From NCBI GenBank assembly GCA_003962975.1, contig RXKC01000001.1:38061-102060 (forward strand): a DNA stretch of 64,000 bases, read 5' to 3'. This stretch comes from Candidatus Saccharimonadota bacterium. GTDB taxonomy: Bacteria; Patescibacteriota; Saccharimonadia; Saccharimonadales; AWTP1-31. The first letter of the stretch is position 1. Every line of letters begins with the position of its first letter. The notes under the pieces were generated by a model, which did not search any database, had not been told where the DNA came from, and saw only the letters and a list, made by a program, of their open reading frames with translations. The position numbers and the translations under genes were made by a program. Positions 10,845 through 19,669 of the stretch are shown one piece after another.

Positions 10845-12602
10845 TCAAGCTTCGAGAAAGCCACCCGACTGATGATTCCATAGCTCTGCATACTGACCTT
10901 TTTTGGCCAAGAGCTGCTTGTGCGTGCCTTGCTCAATGATTTTTCCGTCATCAATCACAACGATACGATCCATTTTTTGTACGGTACTTAAACGGTGCGC
11001 AATAACCAGGGCAGTACGATCTTGCATGAGTTCCCATAGGGCTTGCTGAATGGCAATTTCAGACTCCGAGTCGAGCGCGCTCGTGGCTTCATCGAGCACC
11101 AGTATAGGCGCATCTTTTAAGATTGCTCTAGCAATGGCTACGCGCTGTTTTTGGCCGCCAGATAGTTTGACGCCACGTTCACCTACTTCAGTGTCATAGG
11201 CCTTTGGCAGTGAAGTAATAAAGCCATGAGCTTGCGCCAGCTTGGCTGCACGTTCGACATCTTTCTTCTTCGCTTCCGGCTGACCATACGCGATGTTCTC
11301 GGCAATTGTGCGATGAAAAAGCAGTGGTTCCTGCGGTACGTAGGCAATAGCTTGTCGCAAGCTTTCTTGTGTAACGTTGGCGATGTTCTGACCGTCAATT
11401 TCAATGGCGCCACCTTGGATGTCCATGAACCTCAGAGCAAGCTTGGTTACGGTTGTTTTGCCACCACCACTTTTACCGACCAGACCAACTTTCTCGCCTG
11501 GTTGAATCGCCAGGTCAAAGTTTGTGAATACAGCGTCTTCCTTGCTAGTGTCATTATAGTGAAAGGTTACATTGTTGAGTGATAGCGCTCCTTTACTGAC
11601 TGTCAAACGAGCCGCATCAGGTGCATCAACTAGTGTGTGAGGTGTATTCATGATGGCCACCATTTCATGAGCATCGGCAAAAACGCGTTCAAGCGCACGC
11701 ACTATGCTGGAAGCGTCCCAGAAAGATCCCGAAAGACGTACCGAGTAAAGCTGGGCGGTAATGAAGACGGCAGGCGCCAGGAAGCCCTGCTGAACGCCGT
11801 AAATGCCATACGCCATGACGGACAAATTCAAAAGAGCCATCATGCCAATAATGACATTGTTGCCATTAATCTGTTTTGCCCATGACACAAATACTGCATC
11901 TCCAGCAGCAACAACTTTCTTTTGGTACGAGCCTAGCTCTTCTTTTTCAGCCGCAAACATTTTTACGGTCATGGCATTAGTAATCATGTCGGCCAGGTGA
12001 GCGGTTTGTTCAGAATATTTTGCTACCGAGATTTTTTGTAATGGAAAACGCTTACGAACCATGATAATTGTTGAACCAGCACCAAGCACAGCGATTGTGA
12101 ACATAACCAGTGCTAGCCCAATGTCATACACGGCAATGGCGGCGCTAGAAATAAACATGATCATCAAGAAGCGGCCAAAGCTTTGGTACATGGTGTCGAT
12201 AAATGTTACATAAGCACTGCCCAGTCTTCCGGCCTGGTTAATGAGGGCACCGCTGTAACTGCGAGCATGAAATTCGTACGACTCATTGACGATGTGCTTT
12301 GCTATATCGGCATGAATTTCTTTGACGGCTGCAACTTCAAGGCGATCAACAGCACTGTTAGATATGCGGTTACATATGATTGCTACAACGCCAGCACCGG
12401 CAATGAGCCAAAGAATATTCGCAAACGATAAGCTTGTTGACTGAGCATTTCCAATTTTTGCTGCTCCCAAACCCAGGATTAGCGGAATCAAAATAACATT
12501 CATGCTGTACTGAATAAATACAAAACAGGCTAGAAAAATATCACGTGGATGTCTCTTGGTATATTTCCAAAAGAAGGAGAGTGTTGCTCGAGTATTTCGC
12601 AT
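10845..12602 (-). CDS. ABC exporter, fused permease/ATPase (third of three)
   Basis: 6-TM domain plus NBD. Walker A GKSGGGKTT, signature LSGGQKQR, Walker B LVLDEATSALD, IAHRLST. Ends HQSGGFLEA. ATG lies 1 nt after the upstream stop. Confidence 0.9.
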   Translation of the reverse strand: MRNTRATLSFFWKYTKRHPRDIFLACFVFIQYSMNVILIPLILGLGAAKIGNAQSTSLSFANILWLIAGAGVVAIICNRISNSAVDRLEVAAVKEIHADIAKHIVNESYEFHARSYSGALINQAGRLGSAYVTFIDTMYQSFGRFLMIMFISSAAIAVYDIGLALVMFTIAVLGAGSTIIMVRKRFPLQKISVAKYSEQTAHLADMITNAMTVKMFAAEKEELGSYQKKVVAAGDAVFVSWAKQINGNNVIIGMMALLNLSVMAYGIYGVQQGFLAPAVFITAQLYSVRLSGSFWDASSIVRALERVFADAHEMVAIMNTPHTLVDAPDAARLTVSKGALSLNNVTFHYNDTSKEDAVFTNFDLAIQPGEKVGLVGKSGGGKTTVTKLALRFMDIQGGAIEIDGQNIANVTQESLRQAIAYVPQEPLLFHRTIAENIAYGQPEAKKKDVERAAKLAQAHGFITSLPKAYDTEVGERGVKLSGGQKQRVAIARAILKDAPILVLDEATSALDSESEIAIQQALWELMQDRTALVIAHRLSTVQKMDRIVVIDDGKIIEQGTHKQLLAKKGQYAELWNHQSGGFLEA

Positions 12603-12603
12603 A

Positions 12604-14427
12604 CTATTCTTCTAAGAAGCCGCCTGATTGATGTTTCCAGAGTTCGGCATATTCACCCTTTTGCTTGAGCAGTGATTCGTGACTACCATCTTCAATAATT
12701 GTACCGTCTTTCATGACTAAAATGCGGTTAAGTTTACGAATCGTACTCAAACGGTGAGCGATCACAATTGTGGTGCGATCTTTCATGAGCCGATCCAAGG
12801 CTTCAGTAATAAGCTTTTCGCTGCGGCTGTCCAGTGCGCTCGTGGCTTCATCGAGAACAAGAATTGGTGCGCGGCTCAGCATAGCTCGGGCAATAGCAAC
12901 GCGCTGTTTTTCTCCACCAGAAAGCTTGACTCCACGTTCACCAACTAATGTGTCATATTGCTCGGGCATGCGTTCAATAAAGTCAGCGGCGTTGGCCATA
13001 CGGGCAGCAGCGTGCACTTCTTCATCAGTGGCATCGGTGCGGCCATAGCGAATGTTGTCGAGCAGCGAACGGTGAAACAGAATCGGTTCTTGCGGCACAA
13101 AAGCAATGTGTGAGCGTAAATCATCCTGCTTAATACTGCTGATATTTTGCCCATCAATGGTAATACTGCCGGCTTGAATATCGGAAAAGCGTAACAGCAA
13201 TCTAGTCAGCGTTGACTTGCCAGAGCCCGAGTGCCCGACCAGGCCAACCTTTTGACCGGCTGGAATATGCAAAGTAAAGTCATCGAATATTTCTCGTTTA
13301 CCGTCGGTGTAGCGAAAATTCATATGGTCAAAAACAATGTCGCCTTTGTTGATGCGAATAGGTTCTGGTTTCTCTGGGTCTTTAACATCAAGTTCTTGGT
13401 CTAGGATCGCTGTCATTTCGCTGGCATCAGCAAATGCTACCGAGGCACGTTCAATGGTTTTAGCGATATTAAATAGACGATCTACAATATTAAATATGTA
13501 TAGCTGAGCGGCTAACACGACGGTCATCCCAACTTGGCCAGTTATCACCATGTGTGCCGAATAGCCAATGTATGCCATCAGAAATATAGCCATGAATGCC
13601 CAACGAATGTTGCGAATTTTAAGATCATAGTTCCAAGAAGCCCTGCGACGTGTGAAGCGATTAAGCGTTGTGTTTGCAAAAGCTTTGTTTTCGGCATCGT
13701 GTCGTCCGAATACTTTCACGGTCAGAATATTGGTAATCACATCGGCGACATGTGCCGTGACTTTAGAATCGGCCTCGGCTGCAGCGCGCGTTAAAGGTGC
13801 TTTACGAATTGTCAGCCACATCATGGTACTTGCAAAAATGAGAGCCCAGACAAAAAGAGCGATGCCGAGAGGCGGTGCAATGAACAGGAGCACAATAGTC
13901 GAAAACAACAGCATGGCTATGGACTGTAGGATTTCAAAGTAAATCAGATCCTCGAGTGTCTCGTACGATTTAAGGAAACGATTAAACTGAGTGACAAGTG
14001 AACCAGTGAAGTTATCGGCAAAAAATCGGAAACTATGAGCTTGGAGTTTTTGCATACCCTTGTGTTCCAGGTCGCGCAAGATCCTTGCTTGTCTATACAG
14101 GTACGTATAGTCGTTAATGCGCCAGAATAGGATCTCTAGCGCCAGTAGCACCAGTAAAAACTTGAAGGTGCCCCAAATGGCACTCGTCGATACGCTATCA
14201 AGATTTGCCAGTTGTTCAAGCATGCGAGCCAAGTAATAGCTGAAGCCAATATTACCGAACAGAATAGCGAGCAGTGGGGAAAATAGAATCACATAAAAGC
14301 TAGGTCGATATTTCAGAGAGGCTTGCAAGTAGTGCCGGAGCGTGGCACGAATTGCGAGGGGGGCGGGCTGGCTAGTCTTCAAGAAATCCTCCGGATTGAT
14401 GTTTCCATAGCTCAGCATATTTACCAC
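12604..14427 (-). CDS. ABC exporter, fused permease/ATPase (second of three)
   Basis: Walker A GHSGSGKST, LSGGEKQR, LVLDEATSALD. Ends HQSGGFLEE. The ATG start overlaps the upstream gene by 56 nt. In-frame TTG at 14382 after GGAGGA is an alternative start. Confidence 0.9.
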   Translation of the reverse strand: MVNMLSYGNINPEDFLKTSQPAPLAIRATLRHYLQASLKYRPSFYVILFSPLLAILFGNIGFSYYLARMLEQLANLDSVSTSAIWGTFKFLLVLLALEILFWRINDYTYLYRQARILRDLEHKGMQKLQAHSFRFFADNFTGSLVTQFNRFLKSYETLEDLIYFEILQSIAMLLFSTIVLLFIAPPLGIALFVWALIFASTMMWLTIRKAPLTRAAAEADSKVTAHVADVITNILTVKVFGRHDAENKAFANTTLNRFTRRRASWNYDLKIRNIRWAFMAIFLMAYIGYSAHMVITGQVGMTVVLAAQLYIFNIVDRLFNIAKTIERASVAFADASEMTAILDQELDVKDPEKPEPIRINKGDIVFDHMNFRYTDGKREIFDDFTLHIPAGQKVGLVGHSGSGKSTLTRLLLRFSDIQAGSITIDGQNISSIKQDDLRSHIAFVPQEPILFHRSLLDNIRYGRTDATDEEVHAAARMANAADFIERMPEQYDTLVGERGVKLSGGEKQRVAIARAMLSRAPILVLDEATSALDSRSEKLITEALDRLMKDRTTIVIAHRLSTIRKLNRILVMKDGTIIEDGSHESLLKQKGEYAELWKHQSGGFLEE

Positions 14428-16150
14428 TTTTCTTTAGCAGTTCGGCATGTGAGCCTTCTTCAAGTATTTTACCGTCATCCATGACGATAATGCGATCCAT
14501 TTTTTGAATCGTACTTAAACGGTGGGCAATCACGATGGTGGTGCGACCTTCCATGAGTTTCCAGAGTGCATCCTGGATCAGGACTTCCGATTCACTGTCC
14601 AGTGCGCTAGTGGCTTCGTCTAGAAGTAGCACTGGCGCATCTTTGAGCATGGCACGAGCAATAGCAACACGCTGACGCTGACCGCCTGAAAGCTTTACGC
14701 CGCGCTCACCGACTAGTGTGTCGTAGCCGTCTGGTAGGTCTTTGATGAACTCGTGTGCATGTGCCATTTCGGCAACTCGCTCAATTTCTGCTTTTGTGGC
14801 GCCAGGCTTGCCATAGGCAATGTTTTCGGCCAAAGAACGGTGAAACAACAGCGGTTCTTGAGGCACATACGAAATGTGTCGTCGCAAGTTGTCTTGCGTT
14901 AGCTTACTAATGTCGTGACCACCAATGCGTATGGTGCCACTGTCTATGTCGGAGTAACGCAGTACTAGACGAGTCAGTGTTGTCTTGCCGGAGCCAGAAT
15001 GGCCAACGAGGCCAACCTTTTCTCCAACTCCAATAGAGAAGTTGAGCTTGTTAAAGAGTGGCTTAGGGCTGCCGTCGTGCGTAAAGGTTACTTTGTCAAA
15101 GTCGAGGTTGCCATTTACAGCTTCAACCTGAAGTGGATCGGCGACATCTTTAACACCAGGCTGTATGTCGAGAATTTCGACCATGTCCTTGGCGTCTCCA
15201 AAAGCACGGTTGTACTGACGGAGAATGTTTTGGAACTCCCATAGACGCATACCAATATTGCCGGTGTATGACACGATCAAGAACAGGGTGGCAATGTCAT
15301 TGCCAAACAACTTGGTGCCAAGTACGGCAATTAATAGAGCGGCAACGCCGATCGAAGTCGTTATAGTACTGGCAAAGATCTCTCGACTGGTTGTGGTGCG
15401 CAGCGACAAATAGCCAGCGTCTGCTACTTTGTTTGATGTTTTAGCAAAGCGAGATTTCTCGTAGTCACCGCGGGCAAAGCTCTTAATAGCCATAATGTTA
15501 GTTATGGCATCAGCCAGCTCACCAGTTTGTTTACTTTGGGCGGTTGCCTCGGCACTGTTGGCGTCCCGGACTGGTCGTGAAAGCTTAATGGTGCCTAGAA
15601 TAAACACCACCGCAAACACCAGCATGGTAACGGCATAGACCGGTACTTTTGGCCCCAGCACTACCATGGTTGCGACTAGGCTAATAATCAGTGTGTATAG
15701 GTTGAATACGGTTGAATCTGCAAAGCGTACATAGGCACCAGTCAGTTTGTTGGTTTGTGAGACTAATGAACCGCTAAAGCGGTTAGCATGGAATGTGGTA
15801 CTCATCGAGAGCAGGTGACTAAAGACGCGTTGGTTAAGATCACGAATGACTCGGTTTTCGAGTGACCAGATCATCCATACATTAAAGCGCCAACCCAGAA
15901 CTCCCCAGACATAGGTACTAATGGCGTACACCAAAATGTAGCCACCAAATGCGCCCCATAAATCGTTGGGGTTGTATCCGCCGCTGCTAATTATTGCTAA
16001 GACACGTGACAGAATGTAGGGGCCAAGAATGTCGCCTAATACAATAGTTATGGGGACGGTTACAAAGAGCGGAAATAGATACCGCTTATAACGAAGAGCA
16101 TGATTCCAAAATAATTGGATAGTTTTTTTACTTGTAGATGCAGTTTTCAT
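14372..16150 (-). CDS. ABC exporter, fused permease/ATPase (first of three)
   Basis: Walker A GHSGSGKTT, LSGGQRQR, LLLDEATSALD, IAHRLST. Ends HQSGGFLED. RBS AGGAGG upstream of ATG 16150. Confidence 0.9.
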   Translation of the reverse strand: MKTASTSKKTIQLFWNHALRYKRYLFPLFVTVPITIVLGDILGPYILSRVLAIISSGGYNPNDLWGAFGGYILVYAISTYVWGVLGWRFNVWMIWSLENRVIRDLNQRVFSHLLSMSTTFHANRFSGSLVSQTNKLTGAYVRFADSTVFNLYTLIISLVATMVVLGPKVPVYAVTMLVFAVVFILGTIKLSRPVRDANSAEATAQSKQTGELADAITNIMAIKSFARGDYEKSRFAKTSNKVADAGYLSLRTTTSREIFASTITTSIGVAALLIAVLGTKLFGNDIATLFLIVSYTGNIGMRLWEFQNILRQYNRAFGDAKDMVEILDIQPGVKDVADPLQVEAVNGNLDFDKVTFTHDGSPKPLFNKLNFSIGVGEKVGLVGHSGSGKTTLTRLVLRYSDIDSGTIRIGGHDISKLTQDNLRRHISYVPQEPLLFHRSLAENIAYGKPGATKAEIERVAEMAHAHEFIKDLPDGYDTLVGERGVKLSGGQRQRVAIARAMLKDAPVLLLDEATSALDSESEVLIQDALWKLMEGRTTIVIAHRLSTIQKMDRIIVMDDGKILEEGSHAELLKKSGKYAELWKHQSGGFLED

Positions 16151-16384
16151 AGGACAGCCTCCTGCTGCCTAAAATTAATAATGATTTTGTTTTAAGGTTT
16201 TTTGTTGTCTACAGGGCCGACTGGCGTGCCGCGTAGTGGGCGACCTGAAGAGAATTTGGTGAAACAATACTTTGTCTCATGGTTGTTTTGGCCGCCCTTT
16301 CCATTAGTTTGATAACAATCTATCTACTGTAGCATAAGCGCGCCCCTGATGACAAGAGAGTAATTTTACGGTATAATATATTCA

Positions 16385-17272
16385 GTGAAAAAAGTCATTC
16401 TCTATTACAAGTTTATCCCTGTTAGTGACCCTGCAATTACCATGCGCTGGCAGCGCGAATTGTGTACGCGTTTGCAGCTAACTGGCCGCATTATCATTAG
16501 CCGTCACGGTATTAACGGTACCTTGGGCGGTGATATAGAAAACCTGCGCGAATACAAGCGGGAAATGAACCGCTCGATCCTATTTAAGGACATCATGTAC
16601 AAATGGAGCGACGGAACTGGTAAAGACTTTCCGCGTTTGAGTGTCAAAGTACGCGACGAACTAGTCAGCTTTGGCGCCCCTGACGAAATTCAGGTAGACG
16701 AAAAAGGCGTAGTTGGTGGTGGAAAACATCTCAAGCCCGAAGCTGTACACAAACTCATCGAAGAGCGCGGTGAAGACGTGATCTTTTTTGACGGCCGAAA
16801 CGCCTATGAAGCCGCTGTTGGTAAGTTCAAGGACGCCGTCGTACCTGATACCAAAACAACCCGTGATTTTCTAGCCGAGCTGGAGGGTGATAAATACGAA
16901 GATATTAAAGATAAACCCGTAGTTACGTACTGTACTGGCGGTATTCGTTGTGAGGCACTTAGTGTGCTGATGAAGAATCGAGGCTTTAAAGAGGTCTACC
17001 AAATTGATGGTGGCATTGTGAAGTACGGTGAAAAGTACGGTGATGATGGTCTTTGGGAAGGCAGCTTACACATATTTGACGATCGTATGGCACACCGGTT
17101 TAGTGACAAATCAAAAGACATTGGCGAGTGTGTCCATTGCCAAGGTAAAACCAGTCGCTATATCAATTGTGCCGACAAATCTTGTAACCGACTCGTGCTA
17201 GTGTGCGAAGATTGCACCCAAAAAACACACTGTGCGACGCACCAGACTGCAACTGTAGGCGAGTTGAGTTAG
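16385..17272 (+). CDS. trhO: rhodanese-domain protein, UPF0176/YceA family (tRNA U34 hydroxylase TrhO-like)
   Basis: N-terminal YYKF...GRIIISRHGINGTLGG, rhodanese active-site loop YCTGGIRCE, Cys-rich C-terminal tail. GTG start 7 nt after TATAAT (16372-16377). Confidence 0.8.
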   Translation: MKKVILYYKFIPVSDPAITMRWQRELCTRLQLTGRIIISRHGINGTLGGDIENLREYKREMNRSILFKDIMYKWSDGTGKDFPRLSVKVRDELVSFGAPDEIQVDEKGVVGGGKHLKPEAVHKLIEERGEDVIFFDGRNAYEAAVGKFKDAVVPDTKTTRDFLAELEGDKYEDIKDKPVVTYCTGGIRCEALSVLMKNRGFKEVYQIDGGIVKYGEKYGDDGLWEGSLHIFDDRMAHRFSDKSKDIGECVHCQGKTSRYINCADKSCNRLVLVCEDCTQKTHCATHQTATVGELS

Positions 17273-17295
17273 TTCAGACACTGATTCACCTAATA

Positions 17296-17325
17296 TTGAC
17301 AAACTATACAAATAGGGTATAAAAT
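17296..17325 (+). promoter_or_regulatory. sigma70-type promoter for RNA motif copy A
   Basis: TTGACA (17296-17301), then TATAAA (17318-17323, 16-nt spacer) or TAAAAT (17320-17325, 18-nt spacer). Confidence 0.5.
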
Positions 17326-17353
17326 TGTCAGCACCGTGCTTGTTTCAGGTGTA

Positions 17354-17413
17354 GGCTATGAAATGTGAGTCAGATATGGACGCTTAGCTCACATAGAGCC
17401 ACTAGCGTAACCG
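17354..17413 (+). ncRNA. unclassified structured RNA motif, copy A (60 nt, helix plus pseudoknot)
   Basis: GGC-TAT-GAAAT-GTGAG[loop ..TGGACGCTT..]CTCAC-ATA-GA-GCC then CACTAGCGTAACCG. Loop GGACGCT is complementary to AGCGT-AA-CC in the tail. Both helices covary with copy B at 19516-19575. Confidence 0.6.
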
Positions 17414-17448
17414 AACAGTTTGACACAGGCCAAGATGGTGAGTTTTGA

Positions 17449-17479
17449 CTCCAGTCCCTACATGGGACTGGAGTTTTTT
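17449..17479 (+). terminator. intrinsic terminator after RNA motif copy A
   Basis: Perfect 10-bp stem CTCCAGTCCC/GGGACTGGAG, 5-nt loop, T6 tract (17474-17479). The opposite strand has no T tract, so it is plus-strand specific. Confidence 0.8.
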
Positions 17480-17487
17480 ATGCCCGT

Positions 17488-19383
17488 TTAGTGCTTGATG
17501 CCGCCGCGCAGTAAGCCACCCCATTCAACTAAGGTGAAGCCGTTACGTTTTGGTGCAGTAAATTTCTGAGGAGTAATGTCGATCGGACTATTTAAGCCTT
17601 CAAAGTCCAAGAAGGTGCGAATGGTAGTTTGTGGTTGCTGGCTGAGAGTTAGTGGGGCTAGCTGGTTAAGCTGTGTTGTGGTTAGCCAAGAGATACGTAC
17701 GTAGGGAGTGCTAGGAATATGAGGTTGCCAGAAGTCCATGAACTCTGTAATCTCACGGCCGCGCAGGCCTTGGGCTGCTAATTGGTCGCGCATTGTTGCA
17801 TCTGCTTGTGCGGTGGGTACTACGGTACCGCTGGTAATCTCAGGGTACGTGCCATATCCATAGCCTTCCCAGAAGAGTGATCCATATGCTTTGTTTTGGT
17901 AGCGTAGATTACCATTTGGCTCGGCAGTAACATTCTTCCAGCCACCTTTTGGATAGTTTGGTTCAGAGATGACGACGTCAGCTCCAACTGCTACATCAAG
18001 CATTGTTTTCTTGGTGGGATATAGGTAGATAACGGGTTTTGCACAACCTCCGCGTATAAACAAGTCATCCCGCAGGAAGACAACATATTCGCCGAGGCCA
18101 TTTTTGGCAAGGAAGTAGCCATGCTTATCTGTAAGTTGCTGAACAGTTAAGTTTTTCAGGCTGTCGTCATTAGTGCTTTCGCCAGTCATGTAGTCTTTCT
18201 CAAAGAGTTCTACGACTAATGGATGGGTGTTGGGCAGCTGGTATAGAGTTTGGCCGCCTGCTGTCTTGCCGGCGGCAACAACCATAGAATCCGTTACATC
18301 TTTTGCGGACACATAGCCACCGGCTGATCCACAGCCACTACCAGCGCTATAGTACGCCGAGGTATTCTTTTCGCCAGTTGTCCAGTTGTAGGCTACTTTG
18401 TCCGTCTTGCTAGCTATCTCTCCAGCGGGCTGATAAGGAATAGCGTATACGCCGTTTACAGTCCCATAGTACGCGTACACTTTATAGGTTGCGTTGTCGC
18501 TGATCAGCGCTTTGTAGTATGATTTGCCATCTTTATCTGCGAGCTTATCGGGTAAACCATGTTTTAACTCACCCCAGAATGAGCCACGAACACTGTTCAG
18601 TCCGCCAAGTATAAAGTAACCAGTTGCACCTTCTGACAAAGACATTTTTTGCCCAGCAATTTCAACTTCCTTTGGAAAATCGAGACCAGGTAGTTTAGTA
18701 GTAGTATCGACATCCACGCCAGCCGCTAGAGCATCTTTAAAACGTTTCAGCGTTGTTGCTTCGTAGTCATCAGTTTTTATCGCATAGATACCAGCGCCAG
18801 TTGATTGAAGGGCAAGCACGGTATATGTTCGATCACCATTATCGACGATGGTAAAGTCGCCGCTGTCCATGCCAAGCCCATAGGTGACCACAATGATCTT
18901 GCCGCCCGACTTGGTACTGCCAACCTGATGGTAGGTGAGCTCATCGGTTGTCACGCTAGGCTCGCACCCAGTGGTATAACTTGGTGGATCACAGTTTTCT
19001 TCACCTAGAATATTTAGGTTGGCCAAGAATGTGAACGGTGTATACGTCTGTGCTGACTCAAGGTACGTAACATCAGGAATTTCTTTGGCTACTGGTTTAG
19101 CTGTGTTTGCTTGGGGCTTGGGTGTAGGTTCAGGTGTTTTCTCTCGCCCAAAAACGAGCCAGCCAGCGATAGCCAGAATAATAACAGTGACTACTCCAAC
19201 GATAATCCACTGTTTTTTACTTAGTTGTATACGTCGTTTCTTCTTATCTGTTTGTACTTGATTATCATTGTTTTCAGAGGTTAGGTCGGTGTTGCTGTTA
19301 TCGCTTTCTAATGTCGTATCATCGGTGTTTTCGGTCAGGTCTGGTGAGATCACTTCTTCTGCGGGTTTGTCTTGTTTTGGCAT
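17488..19383 (-). CDS. large bitopic membrane/surface protein, hypothetical
   Basis: ORF track start is 19419. AAGGAG lies 7 nt before ATG 19383, so I prefer that start (631 aa). Acidic disordered N-terminus, one TM (WIIVGVVTVIILAIAGWLVFG), about 540-aa ectodomain with no motif I recognise. Confidence 0.6.
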   Translation of the reverse strand: MPKQDKPAEEVISPDLTENTDDTTLESDNSNTDLTSENNDNQVQTDKKKRRIQLSKKQWIIVGVVTVIILAIAGWLVFGREKTPEPTPKPQANTAKPVAKEIPDVTYLESAQTYTPFTFLANLNILGEENCDPPSYTTGCEPSVTTDELTYHQVGSTKSGGKIIVVTYGLGMDSGDFTIVDNGDRTYTVLALQSTGAGIYAIKTDDYEATTLKRFKDALAAGVDVDTTTKLPGLDFPKEVEIAGQKMSLSEGATGYFILGGLNSVRGSFWGELKHGLPDKLADKDGKSYYKALISDNATYKVYAYYGTVNGVYAIPYQPAGEIASKTDKVAYNWTTGEKNTSAYYSAGSGCGSAGGYVSAKDVTDSMVVAAGKTAGGQTLYQLPNTHPLVVELFEKDYMTGESTNDDSLKNLTVQQLTDKHGYFLAKNGLGEYVVFLRDDLFIRGGCAKPVIYLYPTKKTMLDVAVGADVVISEPNYPKGGWKNVTAEPNGNLRYQNKAYGSLFWEGYGYGTYPEITSGTVVPTAQADATMRDQLAAQGLRGREITEFMDFWQPHIPSTPYVRISWLTTTQLNQLAPLTLSQQPQTTIRTFLDFEGLNSPIDITPQKFTAPKRNGFTLVEWGGLLRGGIKH

Positions 19384-19459
19384 GTCACTGCTCCTTGTAT
19401 GATTGTTTGCTTTAAGCATAACCCCAAAAGCGTCAAGGGTAAACTAGACACGTAAAGTA

Positions 19460-19488
19460 CTTGACATAAATTAAACTAAGTACTATAA
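19460..19488 (+). promoter_or_regulatory. consensus sigma70 promoter for RNA motif copy B and downstream operon
   Basis: TTGACA (19460-19465), exact 17-nt spacer, TATAAT (19483-19488). Confidence 0.7.
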
Positions 19489-19515
19489 TACTGTCACCAA
19501 AAAAGTTTTGGTTGT

Positions 19516-19575
19516 CGACTATGAACTTGTACTCGTATTTGGACGCTTGAGTACTAGGGAGTCACTAGCGTAACC
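19516..19575 (+). promoter_or_regulatory. unclassified structured RNA motif, copy B (candidate riboswitch/attenuator aptamer)
   Basis: GAC-TA-TGAACTT-GTACTC[loop GTATTTGGACGCTT]GAGTAC-TA-GGGA-GTC then CACTAGCGTAACCG. Same loop and tail as copy A, with compensatory helix changes. Confidence 0.6.
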
Positions 19576-19600
19576 GGGCAACAGAACCTCTCTCTTCATG

Positions 19601-19630
19601 AGCGGTTTGGAGCCACCCAAACCGCTTTTT
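19601..19630 (+). terminator. intrinsic terminator inside operon leader
   Basis: 9-bp stem GCGGTTTGG/CCAAACCGC, 6-nt loop, T6 tract (19625-19630), 40 nt upstream of ATG 19670. Confidence 0.75.
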
Positions 19631-19669
19631 TGGTTGATCGATGTAAATCTTTCATCCAAGGAGGATGCA

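Noticed and set aside
16151-16260. A preQ1-I-like A-rich tail (ACAACAAAAAACC) and a plus-strand hairpin with T6 (CCTAAAA...TTTTAAGG-TTTTTT) upstream of the ABC trio.
   Set aside because: There is no matching preQ1 stem. The hairpin's T tract is on the wrong strand to terminate the exporter leader, and the stem is imperfect.
19516-19575. Assigning the repeated RNA motif to a known riboswitch class (c-di-AMP ydaO, c-di-GMP-I, preQ1-I/II, guanidine-III, ZTP, fluoride, SAM-II/V).
   Set aside because: None of the consensus cores I remember matches TGGACGCTT / CACTAGCGTAACCG, and the size (60 nt) is wrong for ydaO or c-di-GMP-I. I cannot run Rfam, so it stays unclassified rather than declared novel with certainty.
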